A stretch of DNA of 47,773 nucleotides, from NCBI GenBank assembly GCA_016235605.1, contig JACRJW010000075.1, positions 1-47,773 on the forward strand, read 5' to 3'. Position 1 is the stretch's first letter, and each line of letters begins with the position of its first letter. The notes under the pieces were generated by a model. It had not been told where the DNA came from. It was given only the letters and a program-made list of their open reading frames with translations, and did not search any database. This document shows positions 1-8,923 of this stretch, in pieces. The DNA comes from Candidatus Uhrbacteria bacterium (lineage in GTDB: Bacteria > Patescibacteriota > Patescibacteriia > UBA9934 > GWF2-40-263). The position numbers and the translations under genes were made by a program.

Positions 1-71
1 CTGTCTCCATTGGCACTCAGCCAATCTTTTAGATGCTCACGGAGCACTTCATGTCTTGTCACCATAGTCAT
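1..71 (-). CDS. N-terminal fragment of an ORF running off the left edge (hypothetical)
   Basis: rc ATG at 69-71 opens MTMVTRHEVLREHLKDWLSANGD with no stop before position 1; no family recognised. Confidence 0.2.
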   Translation of the reverse strand, partial: MTMVTRHEVLREHLKDWLSANGD

Positions 72-146
72 ATGGCGACACGGTAACCGAATTAGTATCT
101 ACCCGGAGAGTTTCGGTAACCTTTATTTGTATCTACAACGCAGGTC

Positions 147-175
147 TTGACACTCGTCTGTCCTGGTGGTAGGCT
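147..175 (+). promoter_or_regulatory. sigma70-like promoter
   Basis: TTGACA (147-152), 17-nt spacer, TAGGCT (170-175), just upstream of AAGGAGG/ATG192. Confidence 0.45.
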
Positions 176-191
176 CCCGCAAGGAGGTCAC

Positions 192-755
192 ATGTTCGAT
201 TCGATCCGCCAGTGGTTCTTCGTCAGGCTGTCCGAGCCGCTTCTCAGGCTGATCCAATCTCGGCGAAAAGTCGGCCCGCTCAAAGCGGCCGCGTTCGCCG
301 ACTTCGGAATCGGGTTCCTGCACGCATCGTTTCTTCCCGCCATGTTCTTCGTCTTGGTGTCGATGGGAGTCACGGATCTCTTCGGATCCACGAACATGAC
401 CAGGGGGCTGACGATCTCCTGTGCATTGGGGGTTTTAGTTCTCCTTCCCTCAGCGTTCAGGGCCTATGACCTCATCTGCGTCGCGGATGGACAAAAGTCC
501 GTTCTCAGTGGATGGACGGTTGGGATTGTCTCGACACTGACAGATACGTGGAAGTTCATCCCGGGACTGGTCTTCGTCTCCACGTTCGTCAGTGGTCTGA
601 TGTTCTTCCTTTCCACCCTGGCCGGGGTGTGGCAAGGGTTCGCGATGGGCCTGCTCGTCGGCGGACTTCTTCTCCTCGAGTGTGTCAGCAGCGCCATTTG
701 GCAGAACACGCGCGTACGCAACCTCGTCACGGCATCTACTCCCGCCAGGTACTAA
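192..755 (+). CDS. multi-pass membrane protein, unknown function (GC-richer orphan)
   Basis: AAGGAGG 181-187 then ATG 192 inside ORF-track 147..755; several hydrophobic segments; no family recognised. Confidence 0.55.
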   Translation: MFDSIRQWFFVRLSEPLLRLIQSRRKVGPLKAAAFADFGIGFLHASFLPAMFFVLVSMGVTDLFGSTNMTRGLTISCALGVLVLLPSAFRAYDLICVADGQKSVLSGWTVGIVSTLTDTWKFIPGLVFVSTFVSGLMFFLSTLAGVWQGFAMGLLVGGLLLLECVSSAIWQNTRVRNLVTASTPARY

Positions 756-785
756 CTGGCGGAATTTTATTTTAGAGAGACCTCT

Positions 786-1700
786 TTACACTCTCAAAAA
801 CCGTCTCATGGCCAGAATCGTGGAAAAAATCGAGACCGTGACGAGGCCGAGGAATTCCACTCCGAAAATCATCAAACCGTTTTGCGTAAAATACTCCATG
901 AGACCAGCAGACTCCGTGCCAAAGTAGACGCCAAACTGAGGCTCAAGAACAGACAGAACGGGAAACAAAATCGCGAGCGTGACTGTCAAGGCAATGAAAC
1001 TCATGAGGATCATCTCCAAATAAAACGGCGCTTTGATGAACCCATTGCTGGCGCCAACCAGTCGCATGATGCCGATCTCCTCTCGGTGGATGAAGATGCC
1101 GATGCGCACCGTGTTGAAGACGATGAGGATCGCGATCAGGAGAAAAATGACCGAGAGAGCGACGCCAAACGTCTGGATCCGATCTGTGGTCGTGCGAATG
1201 CGCTCAACGATTTGTTCGTAATCTGAAAAATCTTTATCGCGGATGTCATCGCGGAACTGCGGATTCTCAAGCGCATCCAAGATGACTTCAAAATCCGCGG
1301 CCTTGTTTGCCTTCACGACAAGCGTTGGGCCAAATGGATTCTCCCCGAGCTCCTGAAGCGATGCCATGATCTCCTCGTCGTTCACGTGACGCGCCACGAA
1401 TTGATCGTAGGCTTCTTGCGCCGTGATCGTCTCGACATCCCTCACTTGAGAAAGGCTCCGTAAGTACGACACCGCACCGTCAACGGTTTCCTGTTCGACG
1501 TAATCCTGAAAATAGACTGAGACCTCAACTTTGTCCTCGACCAGCCCAATCGCCTGTTGCGCCACCACGTTCAAGACGAGCAAAATGTCCACGGTCATGA
1601 GTGTCATCGTGAGCATGCTGATCGTGATCACGGACAACCAAAAATTCCTCCAAAAATTTTGAAAGGCAAATTTTGTGACACGGTAGCTGGAGACGAGCAT
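786..1700 (-). CDS. ftsX: cell-division ABC permease-like protein FtsX
   Basis: 304 aa; N-terminal TM, large extracytoplasmic loop, three C-terminal TMs; directly downstream of ftsE. Confidence 0.85.
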   Translation of the reverse strand: MLVSSYRVTKFAFQNFWRNFWLSVITISMLTMTLMTVDILLVLNVVAQQAIGLVEDKVEVSVYFQDYVEQETVDGAVSYLRSLSQVRDVETITAQEAYDQFVARHVNDEEIMASLQELGENPFGPTLVVKANKAADFEVILDALENPQFRDDIRDKDFSDYEQIVERIRTTTDRIQTFGVALSVIFLLIAILIVFNTVRIGIFIHREEIGIMRLVGASNGFIKAPFYLEMILMSFIALTVTLAILFPVLSVLEPQFGVYFGTESAGLMEYFTQNGLMIFGVEFLGLVTVSIFSTILAMRRFLRV

Positions 1701-1739
1701 AAGGTGGAAAAGGTAGATGAGGTGGACGAGGTGGTGAGG

Positions 1740-2420
1740 CTAGAGGCGATAACGTCCTTCTTCAACGTCAGACGTAATCTTTCCATCCTCAAGTGTGATC
1801 ACCCGTTTCTTGAGCGCGTTCACGACTTCACGATCATGGGTCACGAGCGCCACGGTGGTGCCAAACTCGTTGATCTTTCTCAAGAGGTCGACGATCTCCC
1901 GCGTGTTGATGGTGTCCAAGTTCCCGGTCGGTTCATCTGCCACAAGAACCTTTGGTGAGTGCACAAGGGCTCGGCCGATCGCCACGCGCTGCTGCTCGCC
2001 GCCTGAAAGCTGACGCGGATAGCGATCGATCATGGGTTCCAGATTGACGATTTTCAAGACCGCTGGGACGACTTCTCGGATTCGATGCGGTTTCTCCCCG
2101 GCCACCTGCAGGGCAAAGGCGATATTCTCGTACACCGTCTTCATGGGGAGCAACTTGAAATCCTGGAACACCACACCGATCTGGCGGCGAAGGAGCGGAA
2201 CGTCACGATCTTGAATGTTGGTGATATCCCAGCCGCCAATCTCGATGGTGCCGCGCGTGGGACGTTCCTCGGCAAACAAGAGCTTGGCAAGCGTGGACTT
2301 CCCTGTTCCGCTTTTTCCCACAATCGAAACAAATTCTCCAGGACGAATGTGGAGGCTGACGCCCTCAACGCCCACGACGTTTGGGGGATAGATTTTGGAA
2401 ACATGCTTGAGACGGATCAT
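1740..2420 (-). CDS. ftsE: cell-division ATP-binding protein FtsE
   Basis: Walker A GKSGTGKST, ABC signature LSGGEQQR, Walker B LVADEPTGNLD; ATGA overlap with upstream gene. Confidence 0.9.
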   Translation of the reverse strand: MIRLKHVSKIYPPNVVGVEGVSLHIRPGEFVSIVGKSGTGKSTLAKLLFAEERPTRGTIEIGGWDITNIQDRDVPLLRRQIGVVFQDFKLLPMKTVYENIAFALQVAGEKPHRIREVVPAVLKIVNLEPMIDRYPRQLSGGEQQRVAIGRALVHSPKVLVADEPTGNLDTINTREIVDLLRKINEFGTTVALVTHDREVVNALKKRVITLEDGKITSDVEEGRYRL

Positions 2421-3229
2421 TCAAGAAATGTTACGCGTACATCAATGAGTCCGGCACCCAGAGACACAAGTTTTGCAAACGCGACTTTATCCAGATCAAT
2501 GATACGACCAGGATGCACAGAGCGATCTGGACCATAGTCGTTCACCTTCACGGTGACAGATTTCGTTGGATCATCCAGACGCGTGACAACAAGGGAACTG
2601 CCTTTAGGATAATCTGGCGATGCGGCGCAGTCACAACTCTTGTATCCGTACCAACTTGCCTCTCCAACCTCGGGAATCTCACTGTCCTCAAAAATCGCCA
2701 GACGCGCATACGGCAGATGGATGAGCGCCCTCACGGAATGGGTCTCAGGATTATCTGTGGACGGCAAGACTTCCCAATCACTCTTCACGCCGTTGTAAAA
2801 ATAGATCCGTCGGCGACCATGTAATCCAACTTCCAATGTCTCACTTCCAACTTCCAAACTTGGATACTTGATCTCCAGAAAAAAGAAATCGTTTCTGTCG
2901 TAGGAATCCTTATTCAGGATATCAAAAAGATAGATGTTCCCCAAGAGGAGAGGTTGTAGGTCGTAGGTTGTAGGTTCAAAAGATTCAAGAGTATCGGCCA
3001 TGATGGAAGGATCGAGCGTCTTCATGTCTACCCGCGTAGCAGTGGAGAGCGTGTTTGGACGAATGCCCAGTCGCATAAGTCCGTCACTGGATTCAAGCGT
3101 GTAGCCTTTTACGATCGTCTCAGCATCGAACGTTGTGGAGACGATGACTTCTAACTCTTGGGCAAAAACCGATGAAGAAAAAACCGCACAGAAAAAAAGA
3201 ATCGAGAACAATAAAAGTGATCTTGTCAT
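2417..3229 (-). CDS. secreted RlpA-like double-psi beta-barrel (DPBB) protein
   Basis: Signal peptide MTRSLLLFSILFFCAVFSSSVFA; C-terminal SWYGYKSCDCAASPDYPKGS..VKVNDYGPD block typical of the RlpA/DPBB fold; translationally coupled to ftsE. Confidence 0.65.
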   Translation of the reverse strand: MTRSLLLFSILFFCAVFSSSVFAQELEVIVSTTFDAETIVKGYTLESSDGLMRLGIRPNTLSTATRVDMKTLDPSIMADTLESFEPTTYDLQPLLLGNIYLFDILNKDSYDRNDFFFLEIKYPSLEVGSETLEVGLHGRRRIYFYNGVKSDWEVLPSTDNPETHSVRALIHLPYARLAIFEDSEIPEVGEASWYGYKSCDCAASPDYPKGSSLVVTRLDDPTKSVTVKVNDYGPDRSVHPGRIIDLDKVAFAKLVSLGAGLIDVRVTFLE

Positions 3230-3261
3230 AGAATCATCTGTCCACTATGATACCGTCCAAT

Positions 3262-3335
3262 GCGGGATTAGTATAGTGGCAGTATGTCAGCTTCCCAAGC
3301 TGAAGGCGCGGGTCCGATTCCCGTATCCCGCTCCA
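3262..3335 (+). tRNA. tRNA-Gly (anticodon CCC)
   Basis: Acceptor GCGGGAT/ATCCCGC, anticodon arm TCAGC-TTCCCAA-GCTGA, encoded CCA. The T-loop reads TCCGATT, with C at the usually invariant U55. Confidence 0.9.
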
Positions 3336-3403
3336 CCCTGTTCAGCTCGACCAAAAAAAGAGCCTCACTCACGTGGGACTCTTTTTGTGTGAGAGCTGAT
3401 CAT

Positions 3404-3432
3404 TTGACAAAAAGCGGTTTTTCGAGTATGAT
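3404..3432 (+). promoter_or_regulatory. sigma70-like promoter
   Basis: TTGACA (3404-3409), 17-nt spacer, TATGAT (3427-3432); GGAGG 3448-3452 follows. Confidence 0.5.
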
Positions 3433-3456
3433 GGCGCCTCACAATTCGGAGGTGAG

Positions 3457-3879
3457 ATGTCCGAGACTTGGGCGGGTTCCCCGTTTGAGAACCCGAGTGC
3501 ACAGAGGATCGGAAGGTGGATCGGCCTGCTCTTCGACCAGCCGTTCCCGTTCCAAGAAGCCGTACAGAGCGTCCGGGCACAGCGCAAGAGCTGGCAACCG
3601 GGTTACATGCCTCTGTCCAACGTCGTTGAGCTCACGATGGCCAATGACACGAAGATCACCGGAACTTCTTCCCAGGAGACCGCGAGCCTCGATACGGAAA
3701 CGAACGAAGTCTGCGTGATCCTCACGCAGTGGGACGGCCCGTTCTTCACCTGGGCGACTGTCACGATCAATGGCGTCGAGATCCAGGTCGAGGCGTGGAT
3801 GAACCCCGCCGAACCTCGCCGCGAATCGCAACCCCGAAGCCCAATGGTGGTCACCCCTGCACCTGATCCCGAGGACTGA
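3457..3879 (+). CDS. hypothetical protein (GC3-rich orphan between two tRNA genes)
   Basis: ATG preceded by GGAGG at 4-nt spacing; third codon positions mostly G/C; own promoter and terminator; no family recognised. Confidence 0.6.
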   Translation: MSETWAGSPFENPSAQRIGRWIGLLFDQPFPFQEAVQSVRAQRKSWQPGYMPLSNVVELTMANDTKITGTSSQETASLDTETNEVCVILTQWDGPFFTWATVTINGVEIQVEAWMNPAEPRRESQPRSPMVVTPAPDPED

Positions 3880-3899
3880 CCTCACCGCCATCACCTCGC

Positions 3900-3958
3900 A
3901 AGACCCTTCGACGTAGGCCAGCCCAGCTGGCCTCGGCTCAGGGTCTTTTCCTTTTTTT
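3900..3958 (+). terminator. compound hairpin plus T-run
   Basis: AAGACCCT/AGGGTCTT outer stem encloses GGCCAGCCCAGCTGGCC (3916-3932), followed by TTTCCTTTTTTT. Confidence 0.55.
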
Positions 3959-3988
3959 GGTCGTTTGTTATCATCCTCGCGTCCCTAT

Positions 3989-4063
3989 GCCGATGTAGCT
4001 CAGCGGTAGAGCAATGCTTTCGTAAAGCAGAGGTCGTGGGTTCAATCCCCACCATCGGCTCCA
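3989..4063 (+). tRNA. tRNA-Thr (anticodon CGT)
   Basis: Acceptor GCCGATG/CATCGGC, D arm GCTC..GAGC, anticodon loop TTCGTAA, T arm GTGGG-TTCAATC-CCCAC, encoded CCA. Confidence 0.9.
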
Positions 4064-4093
4064 GAAAAAATACCTATCCCTTTGGGTATTTTT

Positions 4094-5065
4094 TCATATT
4101 TCTCCCACGTACCTCTTCACCTCCACCGATGCGAGATACCCTTTCACCACTTCCTCAAGGGTCATTTTGGGTACCGTAATGCTCAAAAGATGAATCTGCG
4201 TATCTTCGTCAGACTCTGTGCGATCTTCTGCTTTGAACACGGCATAGCCTTCCGGCAAGTCAAGCACTTCGGTCATGCTCCCGATCGAGAGCGCATCAAC
4301 GGCCGACGCCCACGACGGTGGAATGATCGAGAGTTTCACATACCCAAGATCCGCTTCCAACCCTGCCTCAAATCCCGCGTTCACTTCCTTCGCCACGGCC
4401 GCAAAATCCTCCCCAGCCAGGACGCGCGCATCGGCGGCATCAATCGTGTCGCGTCGCGGTTGTTGGAGGGCGTTGTCCGCGAGGATCACCTCAGACATCT
4501 GGAGCGCCAGGACGATCGATTCAACCACACGGCTCTTGAATTCCTCCACGCTCCAACCAAACGTGTCGTCCAAGTCCTGGACAAACGCCTCTTCAGATTC
4601 CTGCGAGGCGATCACGTCCTGATAGTACTTCTCTACACGCGCTTGGTCGATCTCAATTCCACGCGCCTGTGCAAGCTGGCGGATCGCGACTTTATTCGTC
4701 AACGTATCGGCGATGGCGGTCTCGAGCTCGTCGGCAGGCGGCGCATCTGCACCCTGACCGTCAAAATATTTTTTGAGCGCGTCATACTCGGTGAGATACT
4801 CTTTCATGGTCACGGTCGTCCCATTCACGGAAAGCGCCGGGAAGGGAAAAATCGACACCATCGTCCGTACAAACGGATCATCCACGGGCCGTGCGTACAC
4901 TTGCTGGCCGGCCACGCCAAGCAACACGACCAAGATCACCACCACGGCAATAGCCTTTCCACGAGTTGTGGAAAAAAATTTTTTTAGCGGTGGAGGGAGA
5001 CGAGACGAAGGAGTCTCTGGAGCAGGCTCAACTACGGCTGACTCAACGGGCGATGCTTCATTCAT
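4094..5065 (-). CDS. membrane-anchored peptidyl-prolyl isomerase (SurA-like N-domain plus parvulin/PpiC domain)
   Basis: ORF-track 4094..5176 trimmed to ATG 5065 (MNEASP), which overlaps the stop of the upstream gene by 8 nt; C-terminal PpiC-like block DLGYVKL..W..AV..L..G..TEV.....GYAVFK. Confidence 0.65.
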   Translation of the reverse strand: MNEASPVESAVVEPAPETPSSRLPPPLKKFFSTTRGKAIAVVVILVVLLGVAGQQVYARPVDDPFVRTMVSIFPFPALSVNGTTVTMKEYLTEYDALKKYFDGQGADAPPADELETAIADTLTNKVAIRQLAQARGIEIDQARVEKYYQDVIASQESEEAFVQDLDDTFGWSVEEFKSRVVESIVLALQMSEVILADNALQQPRRDTIDAADARVLAGEDFAAVAKEVNAGFEAGLEADLGYVKLSIIPPSWASAVDALSIGSMTEVLDLPEGYAVFKAEDRTESDEDTQIHLLSITVPKMTLEEVVKGYLASVEVKRYVGEI

Positions 5066-5534
5066 AAGCGACAAGGTCGTTAAATGTAGATTTATCGAAG
5101 AAGTAATACCACCATTTGAGCGGATTGCCAATGTCCGTTTGCATGCCGTCGGCAGGGTTTCCTGTTGAAGGGTCAATCACATAGTGCAGTGGATCCGTTG
5201 GATCCGTTTCTTCGCCCTGCGCCTGATCCTGCTCGTCATCGCGCAGAACCACCACCGTCTCCCCTGGTTTTTTGAGCCCAAGTTTCAACCTCGCCTCACG
5301 TTCGATGAACGACTCCGTTTGCATGGCGGTTTGCAGTTCAAGCATGGCCTGGTTGTCTTTGGTCAGGTTATCGGCCCGCGCCTGGAGGTCGGCAATCTGT
5401 GCGTCGATGGCGCGACTCCTGACGGTCTCGCGGCCCAAGGACATGCCCAGAAAAAGAATCACAAGCACATTCACGACCATGAGGTATCGTGAACGAATGA
5501 GACGTTGGATGAAGGGAGACCTATTGGACATCAT
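5058..5534 (-). CDS. septum formation initiator FtsB/DivIC-like
   Basis: Single N-terminal TM, coiled coil, then ESFIEREARLKLGLKKPGETVVV motif. Confidence 0.65.
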   Translation of the reverse strand: MMSNRSPFIQRLIRSRYLMVVNVLVILFLGMSLGRETVRSRAIDAQIADLQARADNLTKDNQAMLELQTAMQTESFIEREARLKLGLKKPGETVVVLRDDEQDQAQGEETDPTDPLHYVIDPSTGNPADGMQTDIGNPLKWWYYFFDKSTFNDLVAYE

Positions 5535-6045
5535 GTTGTTTTGCCAGCTCAGCTGGCTTTTGAGCCGTTCGCAGATCGTTTAACAGGTCAGTGATGTACG
5601 CAGGACGCAGGACGTGTGGAACAACGATATCGGCAGATGCCCCGTGGAGCTCAAGCCGCACGGTTCCGTAACGCAAGAGTGTCGGCACAATGCCTTTCAC
5701 CTGATAACTCACTTCATCGATTTGGTCATAGCGGGTTTGCGTCACGACGCGATTGAAAAAGCCTTTCTGTTCCTGATCGACCACACGTTGATCCGTGATC
5801 ACGAAAAGCGTCCTGGACCATTTGAGATATTGACGAAAGAGCAGGATGATGCCAGAGGCAATCCACAGGAAAAAAATGACGATGCCGATCGTGCCTTGCT
5901 TCCACAAAGGGAAGAGAAGAAAAAATGGAAGGACAAGCCAAACGACGCACAGGAAAAATTTGGGAAGGCGCGGCGTGAGAGTCCCGTGGACGACCTCGAG
6001 CACTTCCTCGCGGGCTTTGAGTTCTAAAAATTTAGGAGCCTCCAT
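5521..6045 (-). CDS. membrane protein with bacterial PH (bPH_2/YdbT-like) domain
   Basis: Trimmed to ATG 6045 (MEAPKF); two TMs followed by LFVITDQRVV...YDQIDEVSYQVKGI..TLLRYGTV pattern. Confidence 0.55.
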   Translation of the reverse strand: MEAPKFLELKAREEVLEVVHGTLTPRLPKFFLCVVWLVLPFFLLFPLWKQGTIGIVIFFLWIASGIILLFRQYLKWSRTLFVITDQRVVDQEQKGFFNRVVTQTRYDQIDEVSYQVKGIVPTLLRYGTVRLELHGASADIVVPHVLRPAYITDLLNDLRTAQKPAELAKQHDVQ

Positions 6046-7372
6046 ACAATGCATGAAGAGCCTTACGTGCGGCGACGCGATCATCCCAAGGAATTTTCTT
6101 GCCGCCTGCGACGGCCATGATAGGTTCGCTTCCCTTGCCGGTGATGAGGACAAGATCGTGAGGCACAGCGAGATCGACCGCGAACTGGATCGCCTTCCCA
6201 CGATCCAGAATCTTGAACAGATTCACGCCTTCTTGCTTTCCAGCCGCGCGAGCGGCGTTTGCAACCTCATCGATGATGCTCTCTGGATCCTCATCATACG
6301 GATCTTCGTTGGTGACAATCACGATGTCGTCATGCGCTGCCGCCAGTCTGCCGAGTATCTCACGACGTGCCACATCACGCCCACCGCCAGCAGAACCCAG
6401 AATGTGTATCAGACGTTTATGCTGAACGAGTTTGAGTGTGTCGTATACGGCCGTAAGCGCCGCCGGTTCATAGGCATAGTCCACGATCACCGTGAACGGC
6501 TGGCCTTCGTCGATGCGCTCCAAACGTCCTGGGACAGAATCGAGAGATTCAACACCGTGGCGCATCACTTCCGGTGAGACGCCCAAGACCTTTACCGTCG
6601 CCATCGCTGCAAGTGCATTCTCTAAATAGAACCGACCGGCGGGTTTGAGATGATAGGTTGTTTCGCCAACCGTGAAGGTCGTACAAGATCCCGTAAAATT
6701 TACGTCCGTAGCAGTCATGGGAGTGGTATTCAAGCGTGTGGCAAGAGTTCCCGCCTCGCCCACCGCAAAACCACTGTAACGATCTGCGCCACAGGCAAGG
6801 AACGACTCCGCGTGTGGATCCTGAAGGTTTACCACGATGGACTTTTCGATCACTGTGTCGTTGATCGTCTTGCGCGGCAACCTGCCGAGTCCTTCAAAGA
6901 GCTTGAGTTTAGCCGCCTTGTAATTCTCAAACCCGCCGTGCGCTTCGATGTGCTCGGGCGTGAGGTTGGTAAACACCGCGACGTCGTAGTTGATGCCGAT
7001 GTGGCGAGACTGCGCGATTCCCTGCGATGACGTTTCGATGACGGCATAGCGACACCCCGCAGAGACCATCTCACGCAACAACTTCTGCGTCTGAAACCTT
7101 CCAAGCATGGTCATCTTTTTGTCGTTCACCCATTCACGCTCTGCCACTTTGAAACTCGCGGTCGTCGTCCAACCAACGCGATGCCCTGCGTGCTCCAAGA
7201 GGCGGCCAATGAACTGGACGGTTGTCGACTTCCCGTTGGTTCCCGTGACACCGATCACGACCAGTTTCTCCGAAGGATGGCCATACAAAAAAGCCGCCGC
7301 ACGAGCAAGGCAGTAGTGATACGCCCCAATCACAGATTCAGGCACGAAGCATCTGAGAACGGATTTGAGCAT
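6032..7372 (-). CDS. murE: UDP-N-acetylmuramoyl-tripeptide synthetase MurE
   Basis: GVTGTNGKSTT P-loop, Mur ligase central and C-terminal domains, TNEDPYDEDP (DNPR-like) motif; trimmed to ATG 7372, 4 nt after the murD stop. Confidence 0.85.
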   Translation of the reverse strand: MLKSVLRCFVPESVIGAYHYCLARAAAFLYGHPSEKLVVIGVTGTNGKSTTVQFIGRLLEHAGHRVGWTTTASFKVAEREWVNDKKMTMLGRFQTQKLLREMVSAGCRYAVIETSSQGIAQSRHIGINYDVAVFTNLTPEHIEAHGGFENYKAAKLKLFEGLGRLPRKTINDTVIEKSIVVNLQDPHAESFLACGADRYSGFAVGEAGTLATRLNTTPMTATDVNFTGSCTTFTVGETTYHLKPAGRFYLENALAAMATVKVLGVSPEVMRHGVESLDSVPGRLERIDEGQPFTVIVDYAYEPAALTAVYDTLKLVQHKRLIHILGSAGGGRDVARREILGRLAAAHDDIVIVTNEDPYDEDPESIIDEVANAARAAGKQEGVNLFKILDRGKAIQFAVDLAVPHDLVLITGKGSEPIMAVAGGKKIPWDDRVAARKALHALYGGS

Positions 7373-7376
7373 ACCA

Positions 7377-8843
7377 CTATTTTTTTTGAAGCTTCTGAAA
7401 CTCAGCGATAAATTGATCGCCGCGGTCGAATTCATTTTTGAAGATGCCGAAGCTCGATGTGCCGGGAGAAAGCAGGATGACGTCTCCAAGTTTAGCGTTT
7501 TCGCGGGCGGCCTTCATCGCCTTGTCCATCGAGTTCACCCGGACCGTTGGGGCGCCGTCGCCGATCGCGCGCTCAAAATCGTCCGCGGCCGTGCCGTCAA
7601 ACACCACGACAAACTTACACTGCTCGCCGATCATCTTGCCAAGCTCTGTGAAACTCAATCCTTTTGAGCTTCCCCCGCCGATGAGCACAATGTTCCCTCC
7701 CTTGCCAAACCGTTTGAGCGCGGCCATGACGCCTTCTGGAGACGTGCCGGTTGTGTCGTTCACGAACAGGACGCCCTCGACCTCGCCCAAAATTTCTTGG
7801 CGTCCCGGGAGTCCGGCGAACGACTTCAGTGAGGCATGGATGTCTTCATCGCCCACATGGGCCATGTGGGCACCGAGCGATGCACACAGCGCGTTCATGA
7901 TGTTGTGCTCGCCTGCGAGTTTCAGGTCGTGGACGTGGGCAAACGGTTTCACCTCACCTTCCATGCGACGGACAAACTGGTCTCCGTCGCGATACACGCC
8001 GTTCATTCCCTCAGGGAGCACACGGGCGGAAAACCAATGGACGCGTTTGGAAGGAATACGCCCGGCAATGTCGTGCATAATTTCTTGGTCGGCATTCAAA
8101 ATCGCCACTTGCTCGGATTTCTGTTCCTGGAAAATTAACTCCTTGGCACGGACATAACTCTCGAACGAATCATAACGGTCGAGATGGTCTTTGTATGCAT
8201 TGGTGAGGATGGCGATGTCCGGCCCCAGTCCTAATCCTTCGATGCTTTCTAAGAGCCAAGACGAGAGCTCGAGCACAATGGGCACAGGCGCCTTCTCTTC
8301 AAGCAACCAGTCGAGATCTTCCAGTGGCGAACGCGTGATGTTCCCGGCGACGACTGTTTTTGGATGGAGGTGTTTCAACATCTCACCGAGAAGGGCCGTC
8401 GTCGTAGACTTGCCTCGCGTCCCCGTGACCGAATAAATCGGAAATGGACAATAACGGAAAAAAAGCGAGATGTCGCTTTCAACCGAAATGCCTTGCTCCT
8501 TGGCAAGCAGGACAAACTCTGACTCACGTGCCACCCCAGGATTTTGCATCACCAAATCAACGTCCGTAAAATTGTCCGCCTCGTGCTTACCCAAGACGAA
8601 CACCGGCTGGTAGATCTCACGATCCTTGAATGTCGTGCGATACTCGGTATAGGCGGACATGATCTCCTCGATCGAATCGTGAAGTTCCTCCTGATCTTTG
8701 AGATCGGTGATGACCAGCTGTGCGCCGTGGCGCATCAACCACTTGGCCGCGCCAATGCCACTGCCCTTTTTGTGCCGACCCAAACCCATGACCGTCACGG
8801 CCGCGTCTTGAAAATTTTTGATGGAGGATAAGTCGAGGGACAT
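7377..8843 (-). CDS. murD: UDP-N-acetylmuramoylalanine--D-glutamate ligase MurD
   Basis: N-terminal GLG..GSGIGAAKWL..GA.LVITD Rossmann-like segment, VTGTRGKSTT P-loop, Mur ligase C-domain. Confidence 0.9.
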   Translation of the reverse strand: MSLDLSSIKNFQDAAVTVMGLGRHKKGSGIGAAKWLMRHGAQLVITDLKDQEELHDSIEEIMSAYTEYRTTFKDREIYQPVFVLGKHEADNFTDVDLVMQNPGVARESEFVLLAKEQGISVESDISLFFRYCPFPIYSVTGTRGKSTTTALLGEMLKHLHPKTVVAGNITRSPLEDLDWLLEEKAPVPIVLELSSWLLESIEGLGLGPDIAILTNAYKDHLDRYDSFESYVRAKELIFQEQKSEQVAILNADQEIMHDIAGRIPSKRVHWFSARVLPEGMNGVYRDGDQFVRRMEGEVKPFAHVHDLKLAGEHNIMNALCASLGAHMAHVGDEDIHASLKSFAGLPGRQEILGEVEGVLFVNDTTGTSPEGVMAALKRFGKGGNIVLIGGGSSKGLSFTELGKMIGEQCKFVVVFDGTAADDFERAIGDGAPTVRVNSMDKAMKAARENAKLGDVILLSPGTSSFGIFKNEFDRGDQFIAEFQKLQKK

Positions 8844-8851
8844 AGTGATGA

Positions 8852-8923
8852 GGTCGTAGGTTTTAGGTGGTAGGTGGTAGAAAAATATCCGAATGTGCTC
8901 CCTACAACCTACTCCCTACAACC
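8852..8923. repeat. type-B heptad-repeat imperfect palindrome between GT2 and murD
   Basis: C-less arm GGTCGTAGGTTTTAGGTGGTAGGTGGTAG pairs with G-less arm CTACAACCTACTCCCTACAACC (about 18-19 of 22 positions). Confidence 0.7.

Noticed and set aside
4082-4987. 301-aa plus-strand ORF opposite the PPIase gene
   Set aside because: It has a TTG start without an RBS and an H/R-rich junk-like product. The minus-strand frame shows a parvulin-like domain and is translationally coupled to ftsB.
5846-7030. Plus-strand ORFs opposite murE (5846..6577, 6650..7030) and opposite murD (7438..8157)
   Set aside because: They are antisense to genes with unambiguous Mur-ligase motifs, lack start signals and have junk-like composition.
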